Source of the DNA: Arenicellales bacterium
GTDB lineage: Bacteria; Pseudomonadota; Gammaproteobacteria; Arenicellales; JAJDZL01
Direction of reading: 5' to 3'
Assembly (NCBI GenBank): GCA_965200765.1
Contig: OZ241380.1
Span: 2,784,329-2,848,328 of the forward strand
DNA: 64,000 nucleotides
Notes under the pieces: model-generated
Seen by the model: the letters and a program-made list of their open reading frames with translations, nothing else
Told to the model about the DNA's origin: nothing
Database searches by the model: none
Translations under genes and position numbers: made by a program
In this document: in pieces, positions 1-9,449 of the stretch
Layout: each line of letters opens with the position of its first letter
Numbering within the stretch: the stretch's first letter is position 1

Positions 1-369
1 ATTCAATTTTCCATTGAAATACATCTCGCACTGTTCGTTACCCTTTCAATCATATTGGGTTTTGTGATGTCGCTTGGCAAGGCGGCAGTCTACAAATACA
101 TACCGGCCTACTATCCGGAACATGTTGGATCTGTAGGCGGTGTTGTGGGCATGTTTGGCGGACTTGGAGGATTTTTTCTGCCGATTGCATTCGGGGCATT
201 GAAAGATTGGACCGGTATCTGGACTTCTTCATTCATGTTGCTTTTCGGGATTGTTTCGTTGAGCTTGATCATGATGCACTATTCCATTCGCAAAATGGAG
301 CGACTGCGAATTCCTGAACTTCTAAAAGAAGAGCGCGCTCTTAGTGATATTTCCGAGGTGAATAAATGA
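1..369 (+). CDS. NarK-type MFS nitrate/nitrite transporter, C-terminal part (gene begins upstream of window)
   Basis: Frame 1 is open from base 1 into the 55..369 ORF. The sequence is hydrophobic and TM-rich (GGLGGFFLPIAFGALKDWTG). Its stop overlaps the start of the next narK-like gene (ATGA at 366-369). Confidence 0.65.
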   Translation: MQFSIEIHLALFVTLSIILGFVMSLGKAAVYKYIPAYYPEHVGSVGGVVGMFGGLGGFFLPIAFGALKDWTGIWTSSFMLLFGIVSLSLIMMHYSIRKMERLRIPELLKEERALSDISEVNK

Positions 370-1730
370 GCAAGATTCTTACTGAGTGGCGACCGGACGA
401 CGAGAAATTCTGGTCCGAAACGGGGCAAGCGATTGCAACGCGTAATCTGTGGATATCAATTCCGGCGTTGCTTCTGGCTTTTTCTGTATGGCTGGTATGG
501 TCGGTCGTGGTGGCGAAGTTGCCGAGCGTTGGTTTCAACTACACAACCAATCAATTGTTCTGGCTGGCAGCACTGCCGGGCTTGTCAGGAGCGACGCTTC
601 GAATCTTTTACAGTTTCATGGTGCCGATTTTCGGTGGCCGCCGATGGACTGCATTATCCACGGCATCGTTGCTTGTACCGGCGATCGGCATCGGCATCGC
701 AGTGCAAAATCCGGACACATCTTATTTGGTACTGTTGATACTGGCGTTGCTGTGTGGTCTGGGCGGAGGTAACTTTGCTTCGTCTATGGCCAATATCTCA
801 TTTTTCTTTCCCCGAAAAACCAAAGGCAATGCACTTGCACTGAATGCAGGTCTGGGCAATGCCGGGGTCAGTGTCATGCAATTTACCGTCCCACTCGTGA
901 TAACTTTCGGAGTGTTTGGTGCCATCGGCGGCGAACCCCAGTCGCTTTCGGATGGTGGGCAGATTTGGTTGCAGAATGCGGCATTTATCTGGGTTCCGTT
1001 TATTGCCGTGGCCAGTATCGCGGCATGGTTTGGCATGAACGATATTGCGGATGCAAAGTCGTCCTTCAAGGAACAATCCATCATCTTCCAGCGCAAGCAT
1101 AACTGGATCATGTGTGTGCTCTATACCGGTACATTCGGTTCGTTCATTGGTTATTCTGCCGGATTTCCACTGTTGGCAAAGACGCAGTTTCCAGACGTGA
1201 ATGTGTTGGCGTATGTTTTTATCGGGCCGTTGCTGGGTGCCTTGAGCCGGGCTGCGACTGGCTGGGTATCCGACAAGTACGGTGGTGGTCGGGTAACATT
1301 TTGGACCTTTTTGGTGATGATTCTCGCGGTAATCGGAGTACTGTTCTTTCTGGGTATCAAGGAGACTCCGGGCGCATTTTGGGGATTTTTTGCCATGTTC
1401 ATGGTTTTGTTTGCAGGTACCGGAGTCGGCAATGCGTCGACATTTCAAATGATACCTGTAATATTTCACAAGGAGGTCGCCAGGCTGGAGAAAGACAAAA
1501 GCGCCGAGCAAATTAAGCAAGAAGCCGAACGGGAATCGGCCGCTATCATCGGGTTTACATCGGCGATTGCCGCGTATGGGGCATTTTTCATTCCCAAGAG
1601 CTATGGAACATCAATTGCCATGACGGGGGAACCGAATACCGCCTTGATCGCTTTCATTGCATTCTACGTATTATGTGTTTGCATGACATGGTGGTACTAC
1701 ACGCGCAAAGATGCAGAGGTTCCTTGCTAA
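366..1730 (+). CDS. narK: Nitrate/nitrite transporter (MFS, NarK family)
   Basis: 454 aa and multi-TM. It carries NarK nitrate-signature-like motifs GLGGGNFASSMANISFFFP and GLGNAGVSVMQF. It is translationally coupled to the upstream narK-like gene. Confidence 0.85.
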   Translation: MSKILTEWRPDDEKFWSETGQAIATRNLWISIPALLLAFSVWLVWSVVVAKLPSVGFNYTTNQLFWLAALPGLSGATLRIFYSFMVPIFGGRRWTALSTASLLVPAIGIGIAVQNPDTSYLVLLILALLCGLGGGNFASSMANISFFFPRKTKGNALALNAGLGNAGVSVMQFTVPLVITFGVFGAIGGEPQSLSDGGQIWLQNAAFIWVPFIAVASIAAWFGMNDIADAKSSFKEQSIIFQRKHNWIMCVLYTGTFGSFIGYSAGFPLLAKTQFPDVNVLAYVFIGPLLGALSRAATGWVSDKYGGGRVTFWTFLVMILAVIGVLFFLGIKETPGAFWGFFAMFMVLFAGTGVGNASTFQMIPVIFHKEVARLEKDKSAEQIKQEAERESAAIIGFTSAIAAYGAFFIPKSYGTSIAMTGEPNTALIAFIAFYVLCVCMTWWYYTRKDAEVPC

Positions 1731-2016
1731 TACTATCTTTCCCGGTTTTGCAGTCGAGCCAACCTGGTAACAACACATTCAGGGCAAGTGTCAGCGCTTT
1801 TGTGATTTGACACGAGTTGTTCTCCTGAACAAAGCCATGCCACGTGAAGTTTGGTACGGTGGTGCTTGTACATTGCTAAAATTTATAGAACGCAACTTGC
1901 CTGTCGAGTAGGATTGAAACTGTACACTCCAGGTTCTTGAATTTCCGGTTTTGCATGGCAATATGTTTTTCAACCCAATCGGGCGTACCACGAATTCCAA
2001 TGACTGAAGTCCTGAA

Positions 2017-3129
2017 ATGACTGCTTACATCATCCGGCGACTGTTGCTGATCATTCCTACATTGTTTGCGATCATGGTGATCAACTTCGCGGTGATCCAC
2101 ATCGCACCCGGCGGTCCGATTGAGCAAATCATCGCTGAAATGACCGGTCAAGGAAGCATTACCGAGCGGGTTACCCGAACCGGAACCGGAGAAATCCTCG
2201 AGCAGTCAGTCGGGCAAGCAGAGCAGATTGGAACCGAAGCAACCAGCCGATACCGCGGCGCACAAGGACTGGATCCGGAATTTATTCGGGAACTGGAAGA
2301 ACGATTCGGTTTTGACAAGCCATTGCATGAGCGTTTCTTGCAGACCATGAAAAACTACATTCTGTTTGATTTTGGCGAAAGTTTTTTCCGCGACCAGAAA
2401 GTAACGGATTTGGTATTTGAGAAAATGCCTGTATCCATCAGCTTGGGTCTGTGGACAACATTGCTTGTATATTTGATATCCATTCCTCTGGGGATTTCGA
2501 AAGCCGTTCGGGACGGATCACAATTTGACGGATGGACAACGGTTGTGTTGATCGTGGGTACCGCAATTCCGGGATTTCTCTTTGCGGTTTTTCTTCTGGT
2601 TATTTTTGCGGGCGGCAGTTATCTGGACTGGTTTCCACTTGCCGGATTGGTTTCGGAAAACTGGGATGACTTGACGTTTACAGGGAAAATTCTCGACTAC
2701 TTCTGGCACCTTACGCTACCGGTAATCGCGATGGTCATCGGCGGTTTTGCAGGTCTCGCAATGCTGACCAAGAACTCGTTTCTCGATCAAATCAATCAAC
2801 AGTATGTTTTGACCGCCAAAGCAAAGGGGTTGACCGAAAAACGAGTCTTGTACGGGCATGTGTTTCGCAATGCGATGCTGATAGTCATTGCCGGATTTCC
2901 CGGGGCGTTTGTCGGCATTTTGTTTACCGGTGCCTTGTTGATTGAAATCATTTTTTCCCTGGACGGACTTGGGCTGCTGGGTTTTGAAGCGGCCTTCAAG
3001 CGCGACTACCCGGTCATGTTCGCTACGCTTTACTTCTTTTCACTTTTGGGACTCATGATGAATCTGGTTGGTGATCTGATGTACATGCTCATTGATCCAC
3101 GAATTGATTTTGAGACACGGGAGTTCTGA
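2017..3129 (+). CDS. yejB: ABC transporter permease, YejB-like (peptide/microcin-type importer)
   Basis: 370 aa. The N-terminus [20 protein letters not shown] and a DppB/OppB-type permease core with a long periplasmic insert match YejB. It is followed by yejE- and yejF-like genes. Confidence 0.8.
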   Translation: MTAYIIRRLLLIIPTLFAIMVINFAVIHIAPGGPIEQIIAEMTGQGSITERVTRTGTGEILEQSVGQAEQIGTEATSRYRGAQGLDPEFIRELEERFGFDKPLHERFLQTMKNYILFDFGESFFRDQKVTDLVFEKMPVSISLGLWTTLLVYLISIPLGISKAVRDGSQFDGWTTVVLIVGTAIPGFLFAVFLLVIFAGGSYLDWFPLAGLVSENWDDLTFTGKILDYFWHLTLPVIAMVIGGFAGLAMLTKNSFLDQINQQYVLTAKAKGLTEKRVLYGHVFRNAMLIVIAGFPGAFVGILFTGALLIEIIFSLDGLGLLGFEAAFKRDYPVMFATLYFFSLLGLMMNLVGDLMYMLIDPRIDFETREF

Positions 3130-3133
3130 ATTT

Positions 3134-4210
3134 ATGGAACAGACTAACGTAATCGAAATTCCCGAGCGTCCAAAATTTCTGGGCATGGAAGTAAGCGAGC
3201 TGACGCGTCGACGACTGGACAAGTTTCGTGCACACAAGCGCGGTTACTGGTCTCTCTGGATTTTCATTGGACTGTTTACGATTGCATTGTTTTCGGAGTT
3301 TGTTGCCAATGACAAACCTTTTCTCGTGTACTACAAGAGCGAGTACTATTTTCCGGTACTGAAGCAATATCCGGAAACGACTTTTGACGGCATATTCGAA
3401 ACTGAAGCTGACTATAACGACCCATTCGTTCGGGAGCAGATTGAGCGAAATGGATGGGCCTGGTGGCCGCCGATTCGCTACAACTACCGGACAGTTGCCT
3501 GGGATCTGCCGTCGCCGGCACCGTCGCCGCCGGATTCGGTGCATTGGCTGGGCACGGATGACCAGGCACGTGATGTAGTTGCACGTCTGTTGTACGGTTT
3601 CAGAATATCTGTATTATTCGGATTTACCTTGACGGTAATCAGTGCCATCATAGGGGTTGCCGCGGGCGCGGTACAAGGATATTTTGGCGGCTGGCTTGAT
3701 CTGCTGTTTCAGCGATTTATCGAGATTTGGGCCGGAATGCCAACCCTGTATCTGCTGATTATTCTGGCCAGTGTTGTTGAACCCAATTTCTGGTGGTTGC
3801 TTGGGCTGTTGCTGTTGTTTTCCTGGATGGGGTTCGTCGGCGTTGTTCGCGCCGAATTTTTGCGAGCGCGGAATTTCGATTATGTTCGCGCCGCTCGTGC
3901 ATTGGGTATCAGTGATGCCAGAATCATGTTCCAGCATGTCTTGCCGAATGCAATGGTGGCAACAATGACATTTCTTCCATTCACACTGGCCGGTTCTGTG
4001 ACCGTATTGACTTCGCTGGATTTTCTGGGAATCGGACTGCCACCGGGGTCCGCTTCGCTGGGTGAATTGCTGGCGCAAGGCAAGGCCAACTTGCAGGCAC
4101 CGTGGCTGGGTCTCACCGGTTTCTTTGCAATACTCGTCATGCTGTGCCTGCTGATGTTTATCGGGGAAGCGGTACGCGATGCGTTTGATCCACGCACTTC
4201 CAACAAATAA
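3134..4210 (+). CDS. yejE: ABC transporter permease, YejE-like
   Basis: DppC/OppC-type permease with HWLGTDDQARDV and TM segments. I prefer the ATG at 3134 (MEQTN...) over the track start at 3092, which overlaps yejB. Confidence 0.8.
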   Translation: MEQTNVIEIPERPKFLGMEVSELTRRRLDKFRAHKRGYWSLWIFIGLFTIALFSEFVANDKPFLVYYKSEYYFPVLKQYPETTFDGIFETEADYNDPFVREQIERNGWAWWPPIRYNYRTVAWDLPSPAPSPPDSVHWLGTDDQARDVVARLLYGFRISVLFGFTLTVISAIIGVAAGAVQGYFGGWLDLLFQRFIEIWAGMPTLYLLIILASVVEPNFWWLLGLLLLFSWMGFVGVVRAEFLRARNFDYVRAARALGISDARIMFQHVLPNAMVATMTFLPFTLAGSVTVLTSLDFLGIGLPPGSASLGELLAQGKANLQAPWLGLTGFFAILVMLCLLMFIGEAVRDAFDPRTSNK

Positions 4211-4215
4211 TTGAG

Positions 4216-5853
4216 ATGAACCAGGAACCCTTGCTGAAAGTTAGCGATTTGTCGGTGTCGTTTCACACGGCGGCAGAGCAAGCCGAAGCCGTAAAGAACG
4301 TTTCTTTCGAAATCAAGTCGGGAGAAACTGTGGCCATCGTTGGCGAAAGCGGGTCCGGCAAGTCGGTAACCGCATTGTCGATTATGCAATTGTTACCCTA
4401 TCCGGCTGCTTTTCACCCATCGGGCAGCGTACTGTACCAAGGTCAGGAACTTGTTGGCGCTGAATCGTCGGCACTGCAAAAGATTCGCGGCCGAGAAATC
4501 AGCATGATTTTTCAGGAACCGTTGACTTCACTCAACCCGCTTCATACGGTTGCGCGCCAGATTGGAGAGACACTGAAGCTTCACAAAGGCATGAATCGCG
4601 CTGAAGCGGAAGAACGGTCTCTGGAACTTTTGAATCTGGTACAAATCCGGGATGCAGAAGAGAAATTGCATTCCTACCCACATCAATTGTCCGGCGGACA
4701 GCGACAGCGCGTAATGATTGCAATGGCACTTGCCAATCAACCGGGATTGTTGATTGCAGACGAACCGACAACTGCACTGGATGTGACCATACAGGCACAA
4801 ATTCTGCAGTTGTTGCATGAACTGCAGGAGCAACTTGGCATGGCTTTGTTACTCATCAGTCACGACTTGAACATTGTTCGCAAACTCGCCGATAAGGTTC
4901 TGGTCATGCGCAACGGAGTATTTGTTGAAAAGGGTGCAAGTACGCAGATATTTGAAGCACCAAAGCACGAATACACAAAAATGCTGCTGGCCGCTGAACC
5001 CAGCGGCCGATCCGGCGAGCCTGAGCGCGATGCAAAAGTGATACTGAAAACCGAGTCTTTGCGAGTGTGGTTTCCAATCAAGCGCGGGATTCTCAGGCGA
5101 ACAGTCGATCATGTGAAAGCAGTGGAAGAATTGACTGTTGAGGTGAAAGAAGGGGAAACGATCGGGGTAGTTGGTGAGTCCGGTTCCGGAAAAACATCAC
5201 TCGCGCTTGCCATACTGAGGTTGATTTCCAGCAATGGCGCAATCCATTTCAATGGCGAGAGTATTCAAGGTCGAAAATCGAAGGAACTGAGGAACTTGCG
5301 ACGTAGCATGCAAATTGTTTTTCAGGACCCGTATGGAAGCCTGAGTCCGCGCATGACCATTCAGGACATCGTCGCAGAGGGCTTGCAGGTGCATCTTCCC
5401 GGTCTGAGTCGTTCAGAAAGAGAACAAATGGTGATTGAAGCACTGAAAGAAGTTGAAGTTGATCCCGAAACTCGTCATCGTTATCCGCATGAGTTTTCTG
5501 GCGGGCAGAGGCAAAGAATTGCGATTGCGCGGGCGATGATTCTCAAGCCGAAGTTTGTCATTCTGGATGAACCGACCTCAGCCCTTGATCGTTCAGTGCA
5601 GTCGCAGATTATCGATTTGCTCAGGCATTTGCAAAAGACGCATGTGCTTGCTTACATGTTTATCAGTCATGATCTTTCTGTGGTTCGGGCAATGTCAAGC
5701 TCAGTTTTGGTCATGCGCGATGGACGTGTCGTTGAACAAGGCACGACCGATCAAATTTTCGACAACCCCAAAGAGCCGTACACGCAAGCCTTGATTTCGG
5801 CGGCAATGAATTTGGAAATCAGCAAGGAGCAAGTGAATGTGGTAACTGCGTGA
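4216..5853 (+). CDS. yejF: ABC transporter ATP-binding protein with duplicated ATPase domains, YejF-like
   Basis: 545 aa with two Walker A motifs (GESGSGKS twice) and two ABC signatures (LSGGQRQR twice). Confidence 0.88.
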   Translation: MNQEPLLKVSDLSVSFHTAAEQAEAVKNVSFEIKSGETVAIVGESGSGKSVTALSIMQLLPYPAAFHPSGSVLYQGQELVGAESSALQKIRGREISMIFQEPLTSLNPLHTVARQIGETLKLHKGMNRAEAEERSLELLNLVQIRDAEEKLHSYPHQLSGGQRQRVMIAMALANQPGLLIADEPTTALDVTIQAQILQLLHELQEQLGMALLLISHDLNIVRKLADKVLVMRNGVFVEKGASTQIFEAPKHEYTKMLLAAEPSGRSGEPERDAKVILKTESLRVWFPIKRGILRRTVDHVKAVEELTVEVKEGETIGVVGESGSGKTSLALAILRLISSNGAIHFNGESIQGRKSKELRNLRRSMQIVFQDPYGSLSPRMTIQDIVAEGLQVHLPGLSRSEREQMVIEALKEVEVDPETRHRYPHEFSGGQRQRIAIARAMILKPKFVILDEPTSALDRSVQSQIIDLLRHLQKTHVLAYMFISHDLSVVRAMSSSVLVMRDGRVVEQGTTDQIFDNPKEPYTQALISAAMNLEISKEQVNVVTA

Positions 5854-5879
5854 ATTTTCTTCAAGCAACCAATCGTCAA

Positions 5880-6146
5880 CTAATCAGTATTGATGATTTG
5901 CTTGTCTGCCAGCAGTTTCTCAAGTGCGCGAAGCCAAACTTCATAGTAGGTTACTTGAAGGTCTCCCGTCTGCTGATCATTCTCTTTGACCTCATTTGAA
6001 AGATATTGACTCCATTCTGCCCAAGTAAAATATTTTTGATCATATAGCGATACTGTCATCGCAAAAACCTTCGCTTCCCAAGGCGTTGCAAAAACGGGTT
6101 CATCACCACCCGCGAACTTGATCAAAGATTCAGAATCAACTTTCAT
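5880..6146 (-). CDS. Nitrile hydratase accessory/activator protein (P14K/NhlE-like)
   Basis: The C-terminal 88 aa of the 5880..6389 ORF (MKVDSESLIKFAGGDEPVFATPWEAKVFAMTVSLY...YYEVWLRALEKLL) resembles the beta-N-like NHase activator family. The ATG at 6146 overlaps the stop of the preceding gene by 11 nt. Confidence 0.6.
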   Translation of the reverse strand: MKVDSESLIKFAGGDEPVFATPWEAKVFAMTVSLYDQKYFTWAEWSQYLSNEVKENDQQTGDLQVTYYEVWLRALEKLLADKQIINTD

Positions 6147-6483
6147 GCGGGTCCAGATAATCTTCAAACAAGTCAACAAGGACTGCATCCTTTGAGTCTC
6201 TGCCCCATAGCTCGTGTCCTTCAAAACGAACACAGTACAGTCTTTGCGGTTCTTTGATGCGTTCAGCATGCTTGTCTGGAAATATGAATACGCCTTGATC
6301 TCTGACAATCGTGCCGCGTTTGCCCCGAACATAGCGCGGCAATCGAATATGTCCGTGCGGGTTGAGGTTCTTCGCAACGACTGTATCACCTACAGAGTAC
6401 TTCGCCGGAGCATTTTCTGGTAGTCGCGCAGATCCTCCGCGTTGCAGGAAATCCCAAACATGATCAGCGGTCATTGGTTTCAT
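6136..6483 (-). CDS. Nitrile hydratase beta subunit, C-terminal half (separate ORF)
   Basis: 115 aa. The stretch KYSVGDTVVAKNLNPHGHIRLPRYVRGKRGTIVRDQGVFIFPD...LYCVRFEGHELWG matches the SH3-like C-terminal domain of NHase beta. The ATG is preceded by GGAGGAG. Confidence 0.8.
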   Translation of the reverse strand: MKPMTADHVWDFLQRGGSARLPENAPAKYSVGDTVVAKNLNPHGHIRLPRYVRGKRGTIVRDQGVFIFPDKHAERIKEPQRLYCVRFEGHELWGRDSKDAVLVDLFEDYLDPHES

Positions 6484-6486
6484 TGG

Positions 6487-6801
6487 CTACTTCTCCTCCA
6501 GATTTCTGAGCTCGTCCATTCGCTGGTCAATTTCTTCGTGAGTCAACAACCCGGTTTCAATGAGAAGCATTTCCAGCCCGTGAAGCCAGTGCTCATAGTA
6601 ACTGGTCGACAAATACTCTGCCGGTTCAGTGCATTCGCGCGCATAGCGCGACATATCCAGGTTCCACTGTCCAAGAAAACCGGCACCCATCGTAATCGCG
6701 AATGCTCGGCGTTCCCATTCGTGATGAAAAACCGGTTCATCTGTTTCAGGATTGATCGGACCAAATCCATGCATTCCACCCAAGTCATGCGCGCCGTTCA
6801 T
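6487..6801 (-). CDS. Nitrile hydratase beta subunit, N-terminal half (separate ORF ending at an in-frame TAG)
   Basis: 104 aa. [34 protein letters not shown]...YYEHWL is the canonical NHase beta N-terminus. Its start overlaps the alpha stop (ATGA). Confidence 0.8.
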   Translation of the reverse strand: MNGAHDLGGMHGFGPINPETDEPVFHHEWERRAFAITMGAGFLGQWNLDMSRYARECTEPAEYLSTSYYEHWLHGLEMLLIETGLLTHEEIDQRMDELRNLEEK

Positions 6802-7409
6802 TGCACATCCTCCGCTGACTTGGCCAGTCCGGTCCCGATCATTGAATCACGCGTCACCAACTTTGCCAGTTCCGTCTCACTCATCCCTTCCGTACCTTTC
6901 GGACGACGCGGAATTACGAGATATCGCACTTCCGCGGTACTGTCCCAGACTCTGATTTCAACATCTGCATCAAGTTCCACTCCAAATTCGGTGAGTACGC
7001 TTCGCGGTTCCGAAACTGCACGGGCCCGATAGGGCGGCGATTTATACCATACCGGTGGCAAGCCCAGCACAGGCCACGGATAGCACGAGCACAGAGTACA
7101 AACAACCATGTTGTGCACTGTCTCGGTGTTTTCCACAACGACCATGTCCTCTCCCTGTCGTCCCTCAAAGCCCAATTCCCGAATTGCTTCGCTGGCATTT
7201 TCAAGTAAACGCTCACGATAGCTGGGATCACTCCATGCACGAGCTACTACTTTTGCACCGTTCTGGGGACCTACCCGATGTTCGTAGATATCAATAACTT
7301 CATCAAGCGTCGCCGGGTCGACCAAGCCTTTTTCAATCAGCAAGGATTCCAGCGCCTTTACTTTCAGTTCAACTTCTGAAGGTGGGTGTTCATGCTTGTG
7401 CTTCGACAT
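6798..7409 (-). CDS. nthA: Nitrile hydratase alpha subunit, cobalt type
   Basis: 203 aa with the metal-binding claw [10 protein letters not shown]. The CTLCSC-Y form is the Co-type signature. An AAGGAGA SD lies 7 nt upstream of the ATG. Confidence 0.9.
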   Translation of the reverse strand: MSKHKHEHPPSEVELKVKALESLLIEKGLVDPATLDEVIDIYEHRVGPQNGAKVVARAWSDPSYRERLLENASEAIRELGFEGRQGEDMVVVENTETVHNMVVCTLCSCYPWPVLGLPPVWYKSPPYRARAVSEPRSVLTEFGVELDADVEIRVWDSTAEVRYLVIPRRPKGTEGMSETELAKLVTRDSMIGTGLAKSAEDVQ

Positions 7410-7440
7410 GTTTAGTCTCCTTCTCGGTTCTGGGTAGTCT

Positions 7441-8646
7441 TCATTGATTTGGAACTATGTCCACAAGAACATTGAGTAAAGTGAACCGTTCTTCTCCTGT
7501 AGTCGTAGACAGCCAACCTTTGCTTTTTTCATCGGTGTAGAACCGAAATTGAAAGCCTTTTTTGGCTTCTTTATCATAAACGACTCCGATTTGCCGATAC
7601 AACATGTCGTCAAACATTCGTGCCATCAGTTCCAGAAGATTCCCGCTCTCAAACATATTCACTGCAACTTCATTTGATTTTTCACTTTCCAAAATGGGAA
7701 TGTGAGTCAACTCAAAATCCTGTGTTTTCGGACCGAAAGGGGTGACTTCCAGTGTATCCATATTGAGAACATCGCCATTTTCCAAATAACTGAGTCGAAC
7801 ACCAACCATATTGATGCCGTCTTCGGAAATGGAGATTGACGCTTCACTCATGTCAATGATAACAACACCTTGGTCGCCAAGAATTTCAATCTGGTTGCCA
7901 TGTACCACTGCGGCAGTTTGCGGTGCAACACCGATGCCGTATTTCATATTGAACTGATGCATTGCAACAAGTGCGACTGCAAATCGCCCGGTTGTAAAGA
8001 AGTACTGGTCGACGTACCAGCCATCTTTCATAATCCCCAATCCTTGATGAATGGCCGCGTCATCAATACGTCCCTCAACCAACGGCTTTGTGGCATTTGC
8101 TGGTACGACAACTTTGCTACCCGGGATCCCGCCAACGATCAGTTTTCCAGTTTCATGGGCTTTTCGAATGGCGTTCGCGACTTTTGTAGGTGAGCCGTCT
8201 TTGTCAAACAGAATATCTGACAAGCGATGGGGTGAACCGCCAACAAAAAATACAGAACTAGAATTCTCTATGGCCGCTACCGTTTCCGGGCTTTGTGTTT
8301 CAATCCGGTAGTCGGTACTGAACTCCTGAAATACTTCTGCAATCGGAAGCAATACAGCGGATTCGCCGTATTGCTCGAATGCACGAACCGAGAATTCGCC
8401 GTAGAGTTTCGGCCTGTAGTTGGCGGCTGATATCACCAGATTTTCACCATCATTTCGATTGGCGATTTTGACCAGATTTCTCCAAATCAGCTTGTTGTTC
8501 AACGGCAAGACATCGCCCACCAGCATCAACGTGCTGGTTGATGATGCTACGGCCGGTAAAGTGGTGGTCAGCAACAGCACCAAGCACGCTATCCAAGCGG
8601 TAGTTGTGAAATTCGCTTTCAATTGATCGTAGTCGGGGGTGTTCAC
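7441..8646 (-). CDS. Secreted hypothetical protein, possibly cyanophycinase/S51 (class I GATase-like fold) related
   Basis: 401 aa with an N-terminal hydrophobic signal-like segment ([20 protein letters not shown]). There is loose resemblance to the S51 family (FFVGGSP..., LIVGGIPGS), but I found no clear G-x-S-x-G catalytic serine. It ends 31 nt upstream of nthA on the same strand. Confidence 0.4.
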   Translation of the reverse strand: MNTPDYDQLKANFTTTAWIACLVLLLTTTLPAVASSTSTLMLVGDVLPLNNKLIWRNLVKIANRNDGENLVISAANYRPKLYGEFSVRAFEQYGESAVLLPIAEVFQEFSTDYRIETQSPETVAAIENSSSVFFVGGSPHRLSDILFDKDGSPTKVANAIRKAHETGKLIVGGIPGSKVVVPANATKPLVEGRIDDAAIHQGLGIMKDGWYVDQYFFTTGRFAVALVAMHQFNMKYGIGVAPQTAAVVHGNQIEILGDQGVVIIDMSEASISISEDGINMVGVRLSYLENGDVLNMDTLEVTPFGPKTQDFELTHIPILESEKSNEVAVNMFESGNLLELMARMFDDMLYRQIGVVYDKEAKKGFQFRFYTDEKSKGWLSTTTGEERFTLLNVLVDIVPNQ

Positions 8647-8961
8647 CTGTTTGTATATTCTACTTCATGTAATTCTATGATATTTTTATCCGCACTGAGT
8701 AATCCGACCGTTCGTAAATGCTGTATCGGCGTAGCGGTTGTTACATATTCGTGGCCATCCAAATTCCACGATACTCTTGCATGACGGTCAAGTCGCCGGG
8801 AGCTACTTTAAAATCCCGATCTTTGGTAATTGTGTGTCGACATGCTATTGAAGTTCTCGGGAAATCGCGTGATTCTCCATGCAAGAAATGACTCTTGCAC
8901 GAATATTCGCTCCGTTCTCAACCATTTCCTTTGATAGCTCATATGATTTTTGAGCATTCAT

Positions 8962-9150
8962 CTAAAACTCCAGAGACTGTCCGAAATACTCTCCGATTGC
9001 GATTCCTGTTTCAGCACTGATTACTCCCGCTTTTAGCTGTAGTGACGATTCAATTCTACTTAACAAGCGTCTCCATCTTTCCGAAACGCGAATACTGTAT
9101 TGTCCATTACGGTTACCCCTTAACTATTCAAGACGATTTCCAAGTGGCAT
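8962..9150 (-). pseudogene. Decayed higB-higA-type toxin-antitoxin remnant (toxin C-terminus fused to antitoxin C-terminus)
   Basis: The minus-strand frame reads MPLGNRLE*LRGNRNGQYSIRVSERWRLLSRIE...KAGVISAETGIAIGEYFGQSLEF*. GxRxGQYSIRV-x-xxWR is the HigB/killer-protein motif. ISAxTxxxxxxYFGxSxEF resembles the end of the HigA HTH domain. An internal stop and a deletion are present. Confidence 0.45.
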
Positions 9151-9449
9151 ATTCAGGTCGCCAAGACTTGTTGCAAAATTAATTCTGTCCAACTTGCTCT
9201 TGACTTGTTTCTTCACCCACTTGGCCGTACCACCAATTATGAATACTACCACAGGAGGTACCTACTACTGACGAAACTGGTGCAAAGTCAACCGCACTAG
9301 CCGCTGTCAATCCTTCTAAATCCTTGTATACAATCGCTTCTTTCACTTCATTCAAGAGATGCCAATATGACAATCTGTTCAAAATGAGAATCGCTGACAA
9401 TGTAATTACTTTATTGAATTTTCTTGTTCTATGAGGTAAACTAGTTTCC

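Noticed and set aside
798-1520. 240-aa minus-strand ORF inside narK. Related cases are 6442-7032 (+, 196 aa) across the NHase genes and 20222-20812 (-, 196 aa) in mcm.
   Set aside because: All are antisense to genes with strong family signatures. None has a recognisable motif or RBS.
6136-7409. Interpretation of the split NHase as a thiocyanate hydrolase (SCNase)
   Set aside because: The split beta subunit recalls SCNase. However, the gene order here (alpha-type subunit first, then beta-N, beta-C and a P14K-like activator) and the same-frame single-stop junction look like an NHase operon. They do not match the scnB-scnA-scnC order I recall. I kept this as an alternative to test, not as a call.
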